This document shows, one piece after another, positions 52,846 through 64,000 of a DNA stretch of 64,000 nucleotides (the first letter of the stretch is position 1; every line of letters begins with the position of its first letter). The notes below the pieces were generated by a model that made no database searches, was not told the origin of the DNA, and worked only from the letters and a program-made list of their open reading frames with translations. This DNA comes from the human T2T-CHM13v2.0 reference genome, Homo sapiens. Position numbers and translations under genes: made by a program. The DNA lies in assembly GCF_009914755.1 (NCBI RefSeq), contig NC_060925.1, one strand, 5' to 3'.

Positions 52846-53585
52846 TGAATTTCCCAGACTGTCTCCTCAGATATTGGCAGAGAGATTAAGAAGACATCAT
52901 TCATTGTCTCAGCAAAGACTTATGAGGTGTCCACAATGAAGTGCAGGGTGCCCTACAGTGCAACTGCAAATGCGTGGGCCACAGGCCTCAGCAGCTTGCG
53001 GACATGGGTCAGCAGACCTGCAGTGTTTACATTTAAATATTTGCATTCATTGCCAGTGTTTCAAAACTGTGAGGTTTCACATAAAATCTGAGTTTTAACT
53101 TTTCTGGGAAGAGATTCATCTGGTTGGCACCAGTCTTGAATTGTCCAAGGGTCACTCCCAGCTTGAGATGAATAGCTCTACCTCATGCAGACAGGGCACA
53201 GGCTGGGCAGGTTGTCCAGTCCTTCCCCCCACCACCTCACTTCCCAAAGTGATTTGTCTGCTCCCTTTGGGCATTTGAATTTGCCACTCTTGCTCTAGAG
53301 ATGGAAACATGGATAAAACTTTGTCCCCATCTTTAGCTATCTCCTGAAAGCCACAGCTTTTGGAACAATGGCAAAATTTCCTAAGATTTTTAAAGAAATT
53401 TAGATCATTATTGTGAATCAGTAGTTTGATATACTACTACTATTTTTTCTAAAATAAATTGAAGTAAAACAAGACTAGTAAAATAAAAATTCATTTTCAC
53501 ATCATTGCAAACTAAATCTTACAATCTCTTATACCATTTGTGATATGCAGGCCTCACTTACACCTCACTCTTCCTAGGGAAGGGT

Positions 53586-53931
53586 GTAAGGAAGTATAAA
53601 TGGCCCTGGAAACTAATGTGAACACTGTAGCCAGTTCTGTCTTCTCCTGCCCCATATCCAGAAAGAAGGAATGCTGCACAGAGAGACCAAGAAGAATCAG
53701 TACAGACAGGCTTTGCTGGGTCCCCACCCCCAGTTTATTAAGATTAGATCATATTTTTTTGTTCAGATGTCTACATAGCTGTCCATTCTTCATTCAACCT
53801 AAGCATAAAAACAGTTTTCCCTAAGTCTTTGGGTCTTCAATTCTGAAGGCTCGTGTCACATAAAACTTTGAATAAATAATTTTGTTATGTTTTTCTCTTA
53901 TTAACCTGTCTTTCACCTTTTCTGCCTCTAC
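53586..53931 (+). mobile_element. ERV1 LTR fragment (MER39/MER34 group)
   Basis: tctttgggtcttcaattctgaaggctcgtgtcacataaaactttgaataaataa...ctctaca. Confidence 0.65.
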
Positions 53932-53939
53932 ACCTCTAA

Positions 53940-54970
53940 ATATTTAAGCATCTTACACTTAAGTCTTAGTCATCGTGGAACTTTTTTTTATGTATGGTGT
54001 GAGGTAGGCATCTAATTTCATTTCTTTGATAGGGTTAATCAATTGTCCCATCACCATGGTCCATTTCTCCTCGAATGTGCAGACTCTATCTTATACCACG
54101 TTTCATATATGCAGGGGTAGGTTTCCCAGTTCTTTAGCCTAGCAGTCTATTTTTCTCTCTGTACAGCAGGTACACTGACTTAATTAGCATGGCTTTAAAA
54201 ATATCACATAGGGCATGTTTTTCCACCCTGTTCTTTCCAAGAGTGTTTTTTGGCTATTCTTGGTTATTTGCTTTTCAATGTGAATGGTATCTTTATTTTA
54301 TCATTGCATTTTCTAAATGCTTATTGATGGCATTTACAAATTCAATTTTTAAAATACTAAGTTTAAATTCAGCAACTCTGCTACACTCCTTTATTAATTC
54401 TAATAATTTGTCTTTAGATCATCTGAGGCTATTTTTTGTAGGACAAAAATATTATTATCAACTAATGACAGTTTTGTTCCATAAGCATCCTTGTCTTGTT
54501 TCTGATTTTAAGGGAAATGCTTCCAATATTTAACCCACAAGTATGTGTTTGCAGAAGGTTTTTGGTTGGTTATCTTTCATGAGATAAAATAATTGTCCTT
54601 TTCTTTTTAGTTTGCTAAGAGTTTCTTTTCATGAATGGATGTTAAATTTTATTGAATGCATTTTCTTCATCTAATAAGATGAGCATACAGTCTTAATATT
54701 AGAGCAAACTTGCTTTCTTTGGAATAATTCAATAAGATAATAAATTATGCTATTTGTTACATTATTTTCTTATATTATACATCATTTGCTAAAATACTTT
54801 GTCAAGAATTTCTACATCTACATGATTTAGATTGTATGGTAACTTCTCTTTTTTGTATGATCATTGTCTGGTTCAGGAATTATAAAATGAGTTGAGGAGT
54901 GTGTCCTGTTTTGCTATTATCTGAAAGAATTTGAATAATATTTAAATTACCTTGAATGTTAGTAAATCAG
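53940..54970 (-). mobile_element. Old L1ME fragment
   Basis: tatggtgtgaggtagg, catccttgtcttgtttctgattttaagggaaatgcttcc, catgaatggatgttaaatttt. Confidence 0.7.
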
Positions 54971-57900
54971 GAAAATCAACCTGTTAAGCACAATGTAAAA
55001 TAAGTGTTATATCTGTTCTAATGATAACTCGATAATATGGATGAAAAGCAGAGTGATATAGTGGGAAAAGATTGAATTTTATACAGAGAAAACATACTAT
55101 TCTCTTTATAAATATTCTCTCTTATTTTGAGAATTCATACTCCCTTATAAAGATTTCAGATACTTCTATTGCCTCTTTTTAGCTGTGATCTTGGTCAAGG
55201 TAGTCTTTCTGATTCTGTTTTCTTACATAAAAATGAAGGGGCTTTCTTCTTTTTTGTTTTGAAATATATGCTTTGAGAAATTAGTTTGATAGTATGCGTA
55301 ATACCCTGGCAGAGAGGAGTAGGCCCTTATTAAATGTTATTCTGTCCCCACTACCACCACCACCTCTCGGAATCTGGTCAAAGAAAAAAAAAGTTATTTT
55401 TAATGTTTCACTTATTCTATATTACTAATTTCAAATTGATGTACTTGTGAAAAACCTCAGCCTGATGGAAGGAAAAGGACACATGTCTCTGCAGTTCTAA
55501 GAATGTATGGGTGAGAAAGTTGACCTCTTTGGATTAACACTTGAACTCTACATGTTGGGTCTTTGCTCTGTCTCTGTGCCAGATCTCTTAGCAATTGAGA
55601 TAAATATATCTTGCTCAAGATTAGACACATGCAGGGGGTCCAAAAGCTGAGCAGACAAGCTCTGCAGCTGGGCTTGGAGATAGCCCAGCTCAGAGTGATG
55701 CTAAGAGCTGTGTGACAGGTCTTATGTCTCATCAAGTCCTTTCATTAGTTGTCTGGATGCATCTGAGGCCACATACTGGGAGTGGCATTTAGGAAGCCAT
55801 TATGGAAACCGTCTCCATAAACTAAAACCAAAATATCCTCTACTGTCATTTTTCAAGTTCACTAATGGGGTTGCTGGAAGTAGGTTAACCCCTTCAACCC
55901 CTCTCTTGCTATTAGCCATCCACGTTAAAGAAAAATACTGTGCATCAGAAGCCTGGTGCTGAGGTGTCAAAATTAGAAACTAGTATTTAAGCAATTCAAG
56001 TCAGTAATTTGGAGATGATGGTTCACTGGAGAAATCTTACGACTTTCTAACATTTTTGTTAAATGTACTGTGGAGAACATGTGGAGTTTCCAGTTTGTTA
56101 GCAAAAGTGTGCTTAACTACCCACACCATATTATCAGCAATTTAAGGAAAGGAATCAGGTCTCCTAATTTATTTTAGAGCCCTGGGATGGTGTTGACAGA
56201 CAGAGTCCCTACTTAATAAACATTTTTGGAATGTTATTCTTCTCTCTGAGTTCAATTTGCATTGTGTGTACTTTGGTAGCTGCCTCTCATCTAACCTCCC
56301 ACCCTTCTTCTCCCACTTACCTCCTTCTCTCACTAAATGATTTCTAAGGCATCCTCCCAAGAACTGGCTAGAAACCCATCTGAAACACTGTCTGTGGCCT
56401 CCCCCTCCACATTTGTCATTTTTTCATCTTCTCAGTGTTTATACTACTGATGGGCTGCTTTACACATGTTCTCAAATTGCCTTATAGATAATAACTGTTC
56501 TTTTCCTATTAAAGAAGGATAAATGCCTAGAACTATGCTATGTATATAATCATTTGCTCAATAAATATGCATTAAAAATGGAATGAAGAGAGGGAAGAAG
56601 ACAGAGCAAAGAAAGTAACAAAGGTAGTTTAGGGAGTATTTCATGCGTAATATACACTGCTGGTAGATACAGGGTTATGGCCAGATTAGATGAATAACAT
56701 GATTCCCTTTGGACCATTATCCTCCAATGGGATACAAACAGAAGTCTGGGAAACACAGAGAAGCCATGAACCGCAGAGAAAGAAATAGGTGTTTGTCTGT
56801 TTTTCCATCCAGCCCTTAGGTGGATATGGGGATTTCACAAAGGTGATGCCTTGTTGTTTTTTTATATTTAACAAGCCACCACTTGTTCTTGTAAAGAAGA
56901 TCTACTTTTTATCCTCCTTTTATGCATCTGGGAGTAGGGACTGAGTCAAAAAATAAGGGAGCTGGGATAAAATTCAGTGTAACAGTTGTCAGAAATCCTT
57001 GGTAAGTCCAGAAGCCACACAACAAGGGTCTGGTGGTGATGTCTGCCATCAGGGTGATATCCATTCTGATGATGATGGCTGACTGGAAGCAGGTTCCTTT
57101 GTCACTATACTGGATTCTTCTTGAAGCTGGGTACTGCACAGAAGAGACAATCTTCCCATTCATTTTTTCTTCCATTGAACAATTATTTATTGAATACTTA
57201 CTATGTGCCAAAGATTCTTCTAGGTACTGGGGGTATAGTAATGAATGACACAGATACGGCCCATCCCTCTAGGATTTTACATTCTAGTGGAGAAAGACAG
57301 GCAATAAGGAAGTAACAAATGGGCAAGATAATTTTAGAATGATATAGACTATGACACGTAGTGAAAGATAGTGTGATAGATACATTATTATTCAACCCAA
57401 CATGTATGACTATCTTTGCTCTCTTTGCTAAAATCTCCAAATAGGGTCTCCCACTTTATCTGTTCTCAAATAATTGCATTTTTCAATGTCAGAGTAATCT
57501 AACTTTTTATCTTTCTCTACTTCTCCTTTTCTTTCCATCTCACATTTATTAAAGAACTAGGTTAAAGTGCTTTGCAATGCATCATCTCACTTAATGCTCA
57601 CAATGGCACCATGATTTTAGTATCATGAGTAGAACCATTTTGCAGATGAAAAATCTAAGGCAGAGAGAATGGTTTAGCAACTTGTCTAAGATCACACAAC
57701 AAGTAGTGAAGCCAGGATATGAATGCCTGTCCTCTGATTAGCAAACTTTATGCTAATCTTTCATCCTTTTCCTTACGGCAGAGTTAGTCGTTCCAACAAA
57801 AGGATGCCCCAAACAGATGTTCTCCATCTCCCCGGGTTATAGTAGAAGGATCTGTATTATACAAAAGGATATGCAAAGGGATATGAATTAGACATAGTGA

Positions 57901-57974
57901 AGAATGTCCAGCCATAAAAGCTGAACACTTCCTAGAGAAGCTTAGGCAATTTCTCTTCTAGAGATTTAGAACAT

Positions 57975-58198
57975 GAGTTGGCAAACCACTGCCTGTAAGT
58001 GAAATTCAGCCCTACTACCTGTTTTTGTAAATAAAGTTTTACTGGAAAACTGTCATGCCCATTCATTTGCCTAATGTCTATGCCTGCTTTCTTCTACAAG
58101 GATAGAATTGAGTAGTTATGACAGAGACCCTATGGCTCAGAAAGCCTAAAATACTTACTATCTGGTGCTTTACAGAAAATATTTGTTGATCTTTGATC
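57975..58198 (+). mobile_element. MER58A hAT MITE
   Basis: gttggcaaacc...cctgtttttgtaaataaagttttactggaa...aaagcctaaaatacttactatctgg...ttacagaaaa. Confidence 0.82.
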
Positions 58199-59409
58199 TA
58201 GAATATCAGGATGGATTTTGCTTGGGTTGGCTTGAGTATGGTTCTCTCTGAAGTCGCAGAATGGTCTAATTGAAACTTTAATATTCTTTTCAGCTCTAGG
58301 ACCGAAGAGGTATATTTCTGTGGTGGTCAAAACAGGCCTATTCCTAATGGAAGAGCCCCTCCTTCAGACTTCTTTCAGCTGACTTCAAGCTCCACTTTGG
58401 CTATGTCTATGCATTGCCTGAATTGTATTTAAAATGTATATAGCTGACAGAAGTTTCCCAAATTGCACTGCAGACTGCCAGTAAGCACAACTTAACTGTG
58501 GTGGAGGTTGCAGGGGAGAGTAAATTCCACCTACCAGGGAATTTAGGGTGGTGCTAGTACTCATGTTAACTCTATTCCAGTTGCCATTTGGATTGGGCAT
58601 AAAAAGATGACAGGTTTCTGCTGTCATATAGTAACAGTGATTAATATTATTGCTATGATTTCTATTATTAATAAAACAGATTTTTTTTGGAAGTTTTACT
58701 TTGGATAAAATAAAAACTAGTTGTTAGGAGAATTAAGCATTAATTGCTTTAAAATTCTTATTGATCAAACCAGAGAAGCAGAACTAAGATGAGGCATTTA
58801 TGAGTTCCTTTGGAAAAGTATGATATGTGTGTGGGCACTCACACACACACACACAATGTAGGAAAAATAGGTACTAACTGCAAAATGTTTTCCATCCCTA
58901 AGAAGTTCATGAGTATTTTCTCAATTCAGTTCAATGTAAAATGACATTTTCTTTTGCTTTTTTACACCACCCCTGCAAAACTGGATGAGGAGCCTGCCTC
59001 TCACAAGCTGTGTGATCTTGAACAAGTGGTTTCCTCTCCCTGGGCCATATTTCCTTCTTCTGTGAAATGTAGCTGTCAGCATGGATGCTCTTTTCCTGTT
59101 CTGACAGGAGCCAGCAAGCCTGTGATCTCTGAAAGTCCTCCAGCCTACCCCAGCTGCCTCCTTCCACTTGGCCTCAAAACCACTTCTCAGCATGGTGTAG
59201 TGAAAAGACATGGACTTGGGAGTCAGCCAGACTTAGGTTCAACCTTGAAAAGCACATTTTTATTTAGCAGTTCAAGCCTCACACCACTCTCTGAGATGGC
59301 AGACGCTTGCACTGTTGCACATACGGTTCTCTCTGGCTTTCTCTCTGTCTCGTGCACCACACGCCTGATCTATTTCTCCTTACAGATTCAGGTCAGGAAA
59401 TTAAAATCT

Positions 59410-60515
59410 CAGAATGAAAAGAGAAATCATAGATTAGGAGAAAATATTTGCAAATGACATATCTGATAAAGGACTATTTTCCAAAATATGCAAAGAAATC
59501 AACAATAAGAAAACAAAAAAAAATGATTACAAAATGAATCAAAGACCTGAACAGACACCTCACCAAAGACGATATTAAGATGACAAACAAGGATATGAAA
59601 AGATGCTCAACATCATAAGTCACTGGAGAAATGCAAACTAAAACATCACTGAGACACCATTACATACCTATTAGAATGGCCAGAATCCAGAACACTGACA
59701 ACACCAAATGCTGACAAGGATGTGGAGCAACAGGAACTCTAATTTATTGCTGGTGGGAATGCAAAATGCTACAGCTACTTTGGAAGACAATTTGTCAGTT
59801 TCTTACAAAACTACATACTCTTACTGTACGATCCAGCAATAATGCTCCTTAGTATTTACCCCAAGGAGATGAAAACTTATATTCACCCATAAGTTGGACC
59901 TGCACATGGATGCTTATAACAGTTTTATTCATAACTGACAAAACTTGGAAGCAACTAAGATGCCATTTCTGCAGGTGAATAAGTAAATAAATTGTGGTAT
60001 AGGAGAAAAATGGAATATTATTCAGTGCTAAAAGGAAATGAGCTCTCAAGCCATGAAAAGACATGGAGAAAATTTAAGTGCATATTACTAAATGAAAGAA
60101 GTCAATCTAAACGGATTATATATTATGTGAGTCCACCTATATGACAATCTCAAAAAGGGAAAACTACGGGGACAGTAAAAGATAAGTGGCAGCCAATAGG
60201 GGAGGGAGGGATGAATAGGCAGAGCACAGAGGAATCTTAGGACAGTGAAACTACTCTGTATGATACTATAAAGGTAGACACATGCCATTATACATTTGTC
60301 TAAACCCACCAAATAGTACAACACCAAGCGTGAACCCCAGTGTAAGCTATGGACTTTGGGTAATAATGATGAATCAATGTAGGTTCATCACTTGTAACAA
60401 ATGCACCATTCTCATGGAGGATGTTGATAATAGGGGAACTGTGCATGTGTAGGGGAAGCAGGTATATGAGAATTCTCTGAACCACCTTCACAATTTTGCA
60501 ATGAGCCTAAAACTG
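59410..60515 (+). mobile_element. L1MC-type 3' end
   Basis: aatggccagaatccagaacactgacaacaccaaatgctgacaaggatgtggagcaacaggaactc; attactaaatgaaagaagtcaatct; caatgtaggttcatcacttgtaacaaatgcacca. Confidence 0.9.
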
Positions 60516-60989
60516 TTTTCTTACATAATGTCTTTGAAAATATTAAAACCTCTAGAAAATATTTCTGATTCCTCTCCTCGCCCTCAAGGAAGAGGGATAT
60601 ATTCCCAGGTCAGCCAGGCACTTCATGCTGTTAACTGTGTGTTTGTGTGGGCTCCCCTCATAGACATTGATTTTCTTGAGGTCAAGAACTGTGATGTTGC
60701 ACCTATGGGAACTTCCACATTAAAAGGACTCCCTGCTTAAAGCCTGTCTATAGCCTTCCTTCTCACCCAGGCTCAAACCCAAAGTCCCCATCATGGCTCC
60801 AAGATTCCGCACAAGCCGGTCTCTGCCAACTTCTGCTTCCTTTCAGGCCATTTGTCTCCCTTCTTTTTAGGTTCTCAGGGCCCAGCTTTATCCCTTATTT
60901 TCTTTATACCTATAGTAATTTCTGCTGGGGTGGTTCTCTACAGACAGCTCCCACTAGCCTTTTAACTGAGACTTTTCAGATCTCAGCTT

Positions 60990-62130
60990 CAGTTCATTCA
61001 TTCATTTAACAAATATTTACTGAGCACTGTTCTAGGCACAAGGAGAAGGAAGCAGACAAAAATTCCTGCGTATCTGGAGTCTACATTCTGGCTGGGAGTA
61101 AGGCAGACAAGGAAGAAACAAACCAATAAATACAGACAATGTTACATGATGAAATGTGCTAAGAAAAATAAAGCAAATAAAGCGAGGCGAGATGGGCATT
61201 CCTGGGTGGAATGTCATTTCACGGGAGGACTCAAAAGGCCACACTGAGAGCATAATGGATGAGCAGAGACCTTCAGGGAGAGTGGGAACAAGCTGTGTGG
61301 GCGTTTGTGGAAGAAGCAGTGAGCGAGAAGACCCTGAGCCTAAGTGGACTCCACAGGGTTGAGGAAAAGCGGGAAGACCAGTGAGGGAGGGAGGGAGTGA
61401 TGGGAGTTGGAAACAGATGGCAGGGGTCTGGGTCTCGTAGGGTCTTGCCAGCCACTGCCAGGACTTGAGCTTCTATTCTGAGTGAGATGAGTGTTTTCAG
61501 CAAAATAATCCAACTAACATTTGGAAGGGGCCACTCAGGCTGGTGCAAATAGAGGAAGATTAGTCAGGTTTTTCCAATACTCCTGGTGAGAAGTGATGAT
61601 ATCTTGGACCAGAGTGATAGAGGTTATAAAGTGGTTGACAAATGGTTGTGTTCTGGATCTATTTTGAAGGTAAGAGCTACAGGACTTATAGATATGTACT
61701 GGAAATGGAGTATCAGAGAAAGAAAATAATCAAAGATGACTCCAAGATTTTGATATGAGTCACTGAAAGAGTACATTTATATTTCCTAAGATGAACAGGC
61801 TGGGGGAGGAGAAGGTTGGAGATGAGAATGGGAAAAGAGGAGTGTGATTCTGAATGTGTTATGTAACATGTATCTGTTAGACAGCCTAGTAGAGAAGTCA
61901 AGTATACAGCTTGATATACAAATTAGGAGTTCACAGGAGAAGACTGGGGTGGCTTCTGGGGCATTCCAATATTTAGAAGCTAAGGATATGAGAATGAAAC
62001 AGCTAAAAAGCAGGACAAGGAGAAGCCTGCTCTGTGGGAGGAAAATCAAGAGAGTGGTGTCACAAGAGCTAAATAAAGCATCTCAAGAGGGAGGGACTAA
62101 TCAACTGTGTCAAATGTTGGTGATAAGTTC
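60990..62130 (-). mobile_element. L2 3' region
   Basis: ttcattcattcatttaacaaatatttactgagcac (L2 tail); ttctggatctattttgaaggta; atcaaagatgactccaagatttt. Confidence 0.8.
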
Positions 62131-63556
62131 AGCAAGACAGGGGCTTATCACAATTTGTAATTATCTATTTCTGGTGAGTGTGTCTTTCTTCCTCTGTGTC
62201 ACCACCCCATTGATTATAAGCCCCAACAGGGCATGACCAGTGTCTCTTTGTTCATCATTTAATGCCAAACCCTGCTGGACATAGAGTAGGCATACAAAAA
62301 TATATTTCTTAAAAGAATGAATAAATGAACAGCCAAATGGTAAATCATTTTGTTAAGCCCACTTTTTAAATGTAAATCCTAGAGACCCATCTCTGCCCTG
62401 CCCTTAACTAACCAGCTGCTTGCCCATGGGAAAACTTCAGTTTCCTTCCCCTGGATTTCACTTTCCTCACCTATTAGCAAACTGCACGAGTTAACGGCCT
62501 CTACCAGATCTTGCATCCCACAAGTCTTCAACAGGTCTAAGTCAGACCTTCTAATTTCCAAGCCATGGTGTAATTTTAGCCACCGCCTCCCCAAAATGCC
62601 TACCATTGGCCTGAGGCTGCCGTGAATTCTGTCACTAGATTTTAACACTTTTCAGTACAATCTAATCCCCATGAGACACACAAATTAGGAAGCAACTATG
62701 ATCAGTCATTTGTGCCAGAATGTGAGTACATTTGTCTGGTCCTTTCCTAATAACTGTTTTAGATAAGGGCCTGTTGAGAAAGAAAGAGAGTAGAGTATAC
62801 TCAGTGAGCTGTCCAGGGAGGAAAGGGGTACAAAAAAAAAAAAACCACTAGAGATAAACTACTGAAAGTCTATATAGGGCAGGTCTTATTTGATGGAATT
62901 GAAAGGAAAGGTTCAAGAAATGTTAACTTGTGTCTTTAAGTATCTCCAAATCTGAACTGAATCTCAGGAGATGTTGAGTAAGTCATTTCTCCAACCAGGG
63001 TTTTGATCTCAATTATAAAATTGGTGAAGATGTACTTGATCATCTAAAAATGCTCTGCTGCCTTTAAAGTCAAGGATTCAGTGACTAGGGAATGACTTCT
63101 CTAATTAGGTAGGGAAGGGAAGACAGTCTATTTTAGCCTAGGAATGAAAGATGAAGCAAATAGTCACACATTTCCAAATATGTGGTCGGTCACTTCAGTT
63201 CCAAGAAGGACTACCCAATTCTCTTAGCACAGCAAAATAATAATGATAACAATAATTTTTTACATTTACTCAAGTTACAACAAAAATTTAAAATGGCTCT
63301 TGCCTGCCTCTGAACAAGGCACTGTAAGTGTGGTCACGTGCCCTGTGCATGACAAAGGTCACAGAGTCTGTCCTCAGTATTGTCCTTTGGCCTGAGACTG
63401 CATACACAGAATTAGGATTAGTTCAGTCTCTGCTGCTAACCTCCCCAAAATAACCCTGCTAGCATCAACGACAAAGACTTGGGTCTGGGCACTTCTCCCT
63501 GTAGTGGACTAGCTTGTACTGGACCATGTTTACACTTAAAGAAAGATGATATTTGT

Positions 63557-63851
<295 letters not shown>

Positions 63852-63858
63852 CTAACAA

Positions 63859-63912
63859 ACACACACACACACACACACACACACGAAAGAAAGAAGAAAG
63901 AAAGAGAGAGAG

Positions 63913-63959
<47 letters not shown>

Positions 63960-63973
63960 ACGAAAGAAAGAAA
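63859..63973. repeat. Compound (CA)n-(GA)n-(GAAA)n microsatellite at the Alu tail
   Basis: Directly visible. Confidence 0.95.
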
Positions 63974-64000
63974 TTAATTTATAAATCAGCAAATAGAATG

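Noticed and set aside
58954-59457. Longest ORF in the window (167 aa)
   Set aside because: Non-ATG start, overlaps MIR-like sequence and runs into L1; no recognisable domain.

Overview
Primate, most likely human or great-ape, non-coding genomic DNA (intergenic or intronic). I find no recognisable host protein-coding exon, RNA gene or CpG island, and no evidence of an intact novel protein-based system. About half the window is transposable-element relics. The left end (1-3117) is the 5' part of a minus-strand HERV-H provirus: decayed pol/gag, repeat-rich leader, intact tRNA-His primer binding site and a complete LTR7 resembling the pluripotency-active 'LTR7up' type. At ~8070-10790 an old minus-strand ERV-L (LTR33-like LTR plus a readable dUTPase remnant) hosts a full-length HSMAR2 mariner. 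The rest holds about 17 Alu/FLAM copies, L1/L2/MIR fragments, solo LTRs and DNA-transposon MITEs, with several repeat-poor, motif-dense islands between them. The best leads are regulatory or structural: the LTR7 promoter and splice donors, a near-palindromic CTCF-like site beside it, a three-armed MADE1 (miR-548-type) hairpin, and a kappaB/CCAAT duplication in a solo LTR. Repeat subfamily names come from my recall of consensus sequences, not a database search, and boundaries of old elements are approximate.
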